Of a DNA stretch of 64,000 nt, positions 63,401 through 64,000 are shown in pieces. The notes under the pieces were generated by a model. That model worked only from the letters and a program-made list of their open reading frames with translations, did not search any database and was not told the origin of the DNA. The stretch spans positions 1 through 64,000 of IMG/VR virus record IMGVR_UViG_3300050821_003907; one strand, given 5' to 3'. The DNA comes from a virus. A program made the position numbers and the translations under genes. How positions within the stretch are numbered: the stretch's first letter is position 1; each line of letters begins with the position of its first letter.

Positions 63401-64000
63401 ATCGCCTCATGGTTTATCGGTGACGCTGTAACGGTGCGTGCTAGTGGCGGAAGCTCTCCCGCTACAGGAGGTGCTAGTGGCGGCAGGGGCGGTCACGGCT
63501 CTGCTAACTCCACGCACTACAGTGGCGGCACGGGAGGCGCTTCTCCGGGGTCTGCGGGCGGCGGCGGTGCGGCTGGCGCTGGAAGCTCTAACAACGGTGC
63601 TAATGGCGCTGCGGGCGTGCGAGGAACTAACACCGGTCAAGGTGCTCACCTTACAGGCGGTGTTGGGGCTACAGGCACCAACGGTGGCGGTAATGGCGGG
63701 GCAGGTTCGAGTGTCCCTGGCTTCCCCGGAACAGGCATAACTCCAGGTGGTGGCGGGGGCGGTGGCTACAGCTCCAACGGAAAGAATTACAAGGGCGGCA
63801 CCGGAAGCACCGGTGAAGTAAAGATTACCTACCAGGTAAACCTGGGTTCACCTATTAATGGTGGCAGCACCGCTTTCGGTGCTTCGGGCCTTACCAGCGC
63901 TACAGTAACCGCTCACGGTGGCACATCAGTAGCCAATAACACCGCATCAGGCTCGGCTGGAGGAACTGGTTCTTCTAACTCTACACACTACAACGGCGGG
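60446..64000 (+). CDS. Large distal-tail (Dit)-like protein with extra beta and glycine-rich domains, runs off window
   Basis: Open frame from ATG 60446, hand-translated without a stop through ~63.4 kb and Gly-rich thereafter; YDLGAPQP..RTITLPILI..FDCFRA core; absent from ORF track presumably because no stop lies in window. Confidence 0.7.
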   Translation, partial: MPVYTGSTKYPYAMTVNAQAGAATVVSENVQPIYVDSFTTYQFTVICKTSATWSSGVTITVNYFNSSNVSVGTVTATQTSMVANNLYTISTTAGTAPAATSYATLTIQFNGSPALTNTLSIVQAGLYNTNNPNLDYEINQNAAFANGTQPWSQSNNSALIGWDWTPLAVGDGNYDSLLISGVVELIGGPAGVPSDIPELIDSNGVGATFRLLAPPSTNSVAFGFQNSYDLGAPQPTSDVVESLLLDGERPFGYRASNRTITLPILIEGTSQAIVQAAREYMMYLIDQQLWKLTWTPASNGLPLVFDCFRAQPTVLSYGFDYNRDPTAGSGGTAYTSMTLTFQAMPYGHSGIDGTKDLAFSSFLINGQASAGAVTMDGYIGAGGNANWQWDTRWSTLNYQFHDFETSTSGTTISTGNLAPTSTDPYVTANASPHTAGTGTAVYSNAHAAHGSLSSLYNSGASAGTAYVEITTTLSAQTAYARASYYLPALPAAATQVSLMQVNNAANTQAVGKVFLNPSGTLNFVTGAGNQYAMAVALPTSQWVRIELSVSPNIVNSAANASATVTWYLGDSTTPQESKTFTGMSIGTGPASAPANFYFGLLSATGNNNYQAYVDDIACGPTQIGPYRTPSATNVSLPGGVGSAVHYMPPRPVKQPYPAAVFARSSLGFNLVGLNSLQWWFGQAYDYDYAYDPTFRSTIVFRWTLTDNANNTLKFSKTFNEVKWSKNASAPTWSRLTVPIPQGNNVFNYANVASYSLAFTNHSSGGTSGFVKMHAWLSGLQALPTTINNNPGTPRANLFNIFGAPGSARSPISVQAQLPSQTGNVVQEFTQVGSWTVPQGVYSVQAECWGAGGAGSSYNTGTNYAGGGGGGGEYAMEPALTVVPGTKIPYFVGAGGVSGELTNTVQSWNSSGIGHWLCPANVSSIQIEVWGGGAAGSAGGGGGGGGEYAKEATLAVTPGKTYQFQVGRAGVPNTGTNTAATVARDGIASWFIGDAVTVRASGGSSPATGGASGGRGGHGSANSTHYSGGTGGASPGSAGGGGAAGAGSSNNGANGAAGVRGTNTGQGAHLTGGVGATGTNGGGNGGAGSSVPGFPGTGITPGGGGGGGYSSNGKNYKGGTGSTGEVKITYQVNLGSPINGGSTAFGASGLTSATVTAHGGTSVANNTASGSAGGTGSSNSTHYNGG

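Overview
A 64 kb segment of a large tailed-phage genome with siphovirus-type morphogenesis genes. The host is most likely an actinomycete, inferred from protein families, TANNNT leaderless promoters and an actinobacterial-style rrn boxA. No integrase, rRNA or CRISPR array was seen. Layout: (1) 1-9.1 kb, small accessory genes plus RtcB RNA ligase, a secreted GH12 glycosidase and a dCMP deaminase; (2) 9.3-14.1 kb, 39 tRNA genes covering all 20 amino acids, many non-canonical, separated by recurrent structured spacers; (3) 14-22 kb, pyruvyl/glycosyltransferases, a Gly-rich fibre-like protein, an ~80 nt tmRNA consisting only of its tRNA-like domain, a G1 glutamic peptidase and nucleotide-metabolism genes; (4) 22-64 kb, terminase, portal, protease, HK97 capsid, connector, tail tube, frameshifted chaperone, 2843 aa tape measure and a large Dit-like protein. 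A nucleotide-sugar synthesis and glycosyl/methyl/acetyl-transfer cluster is interleaved among the virion genes. Best novelty candidates: the tag-less mini-tmRNA, the embedded virion-glycosylation pathway, and a duplicated covarying pseudoknot directly 5' of two tRNA-Pro genes. All family calls are from motif recognition by eye; no database searches were run.
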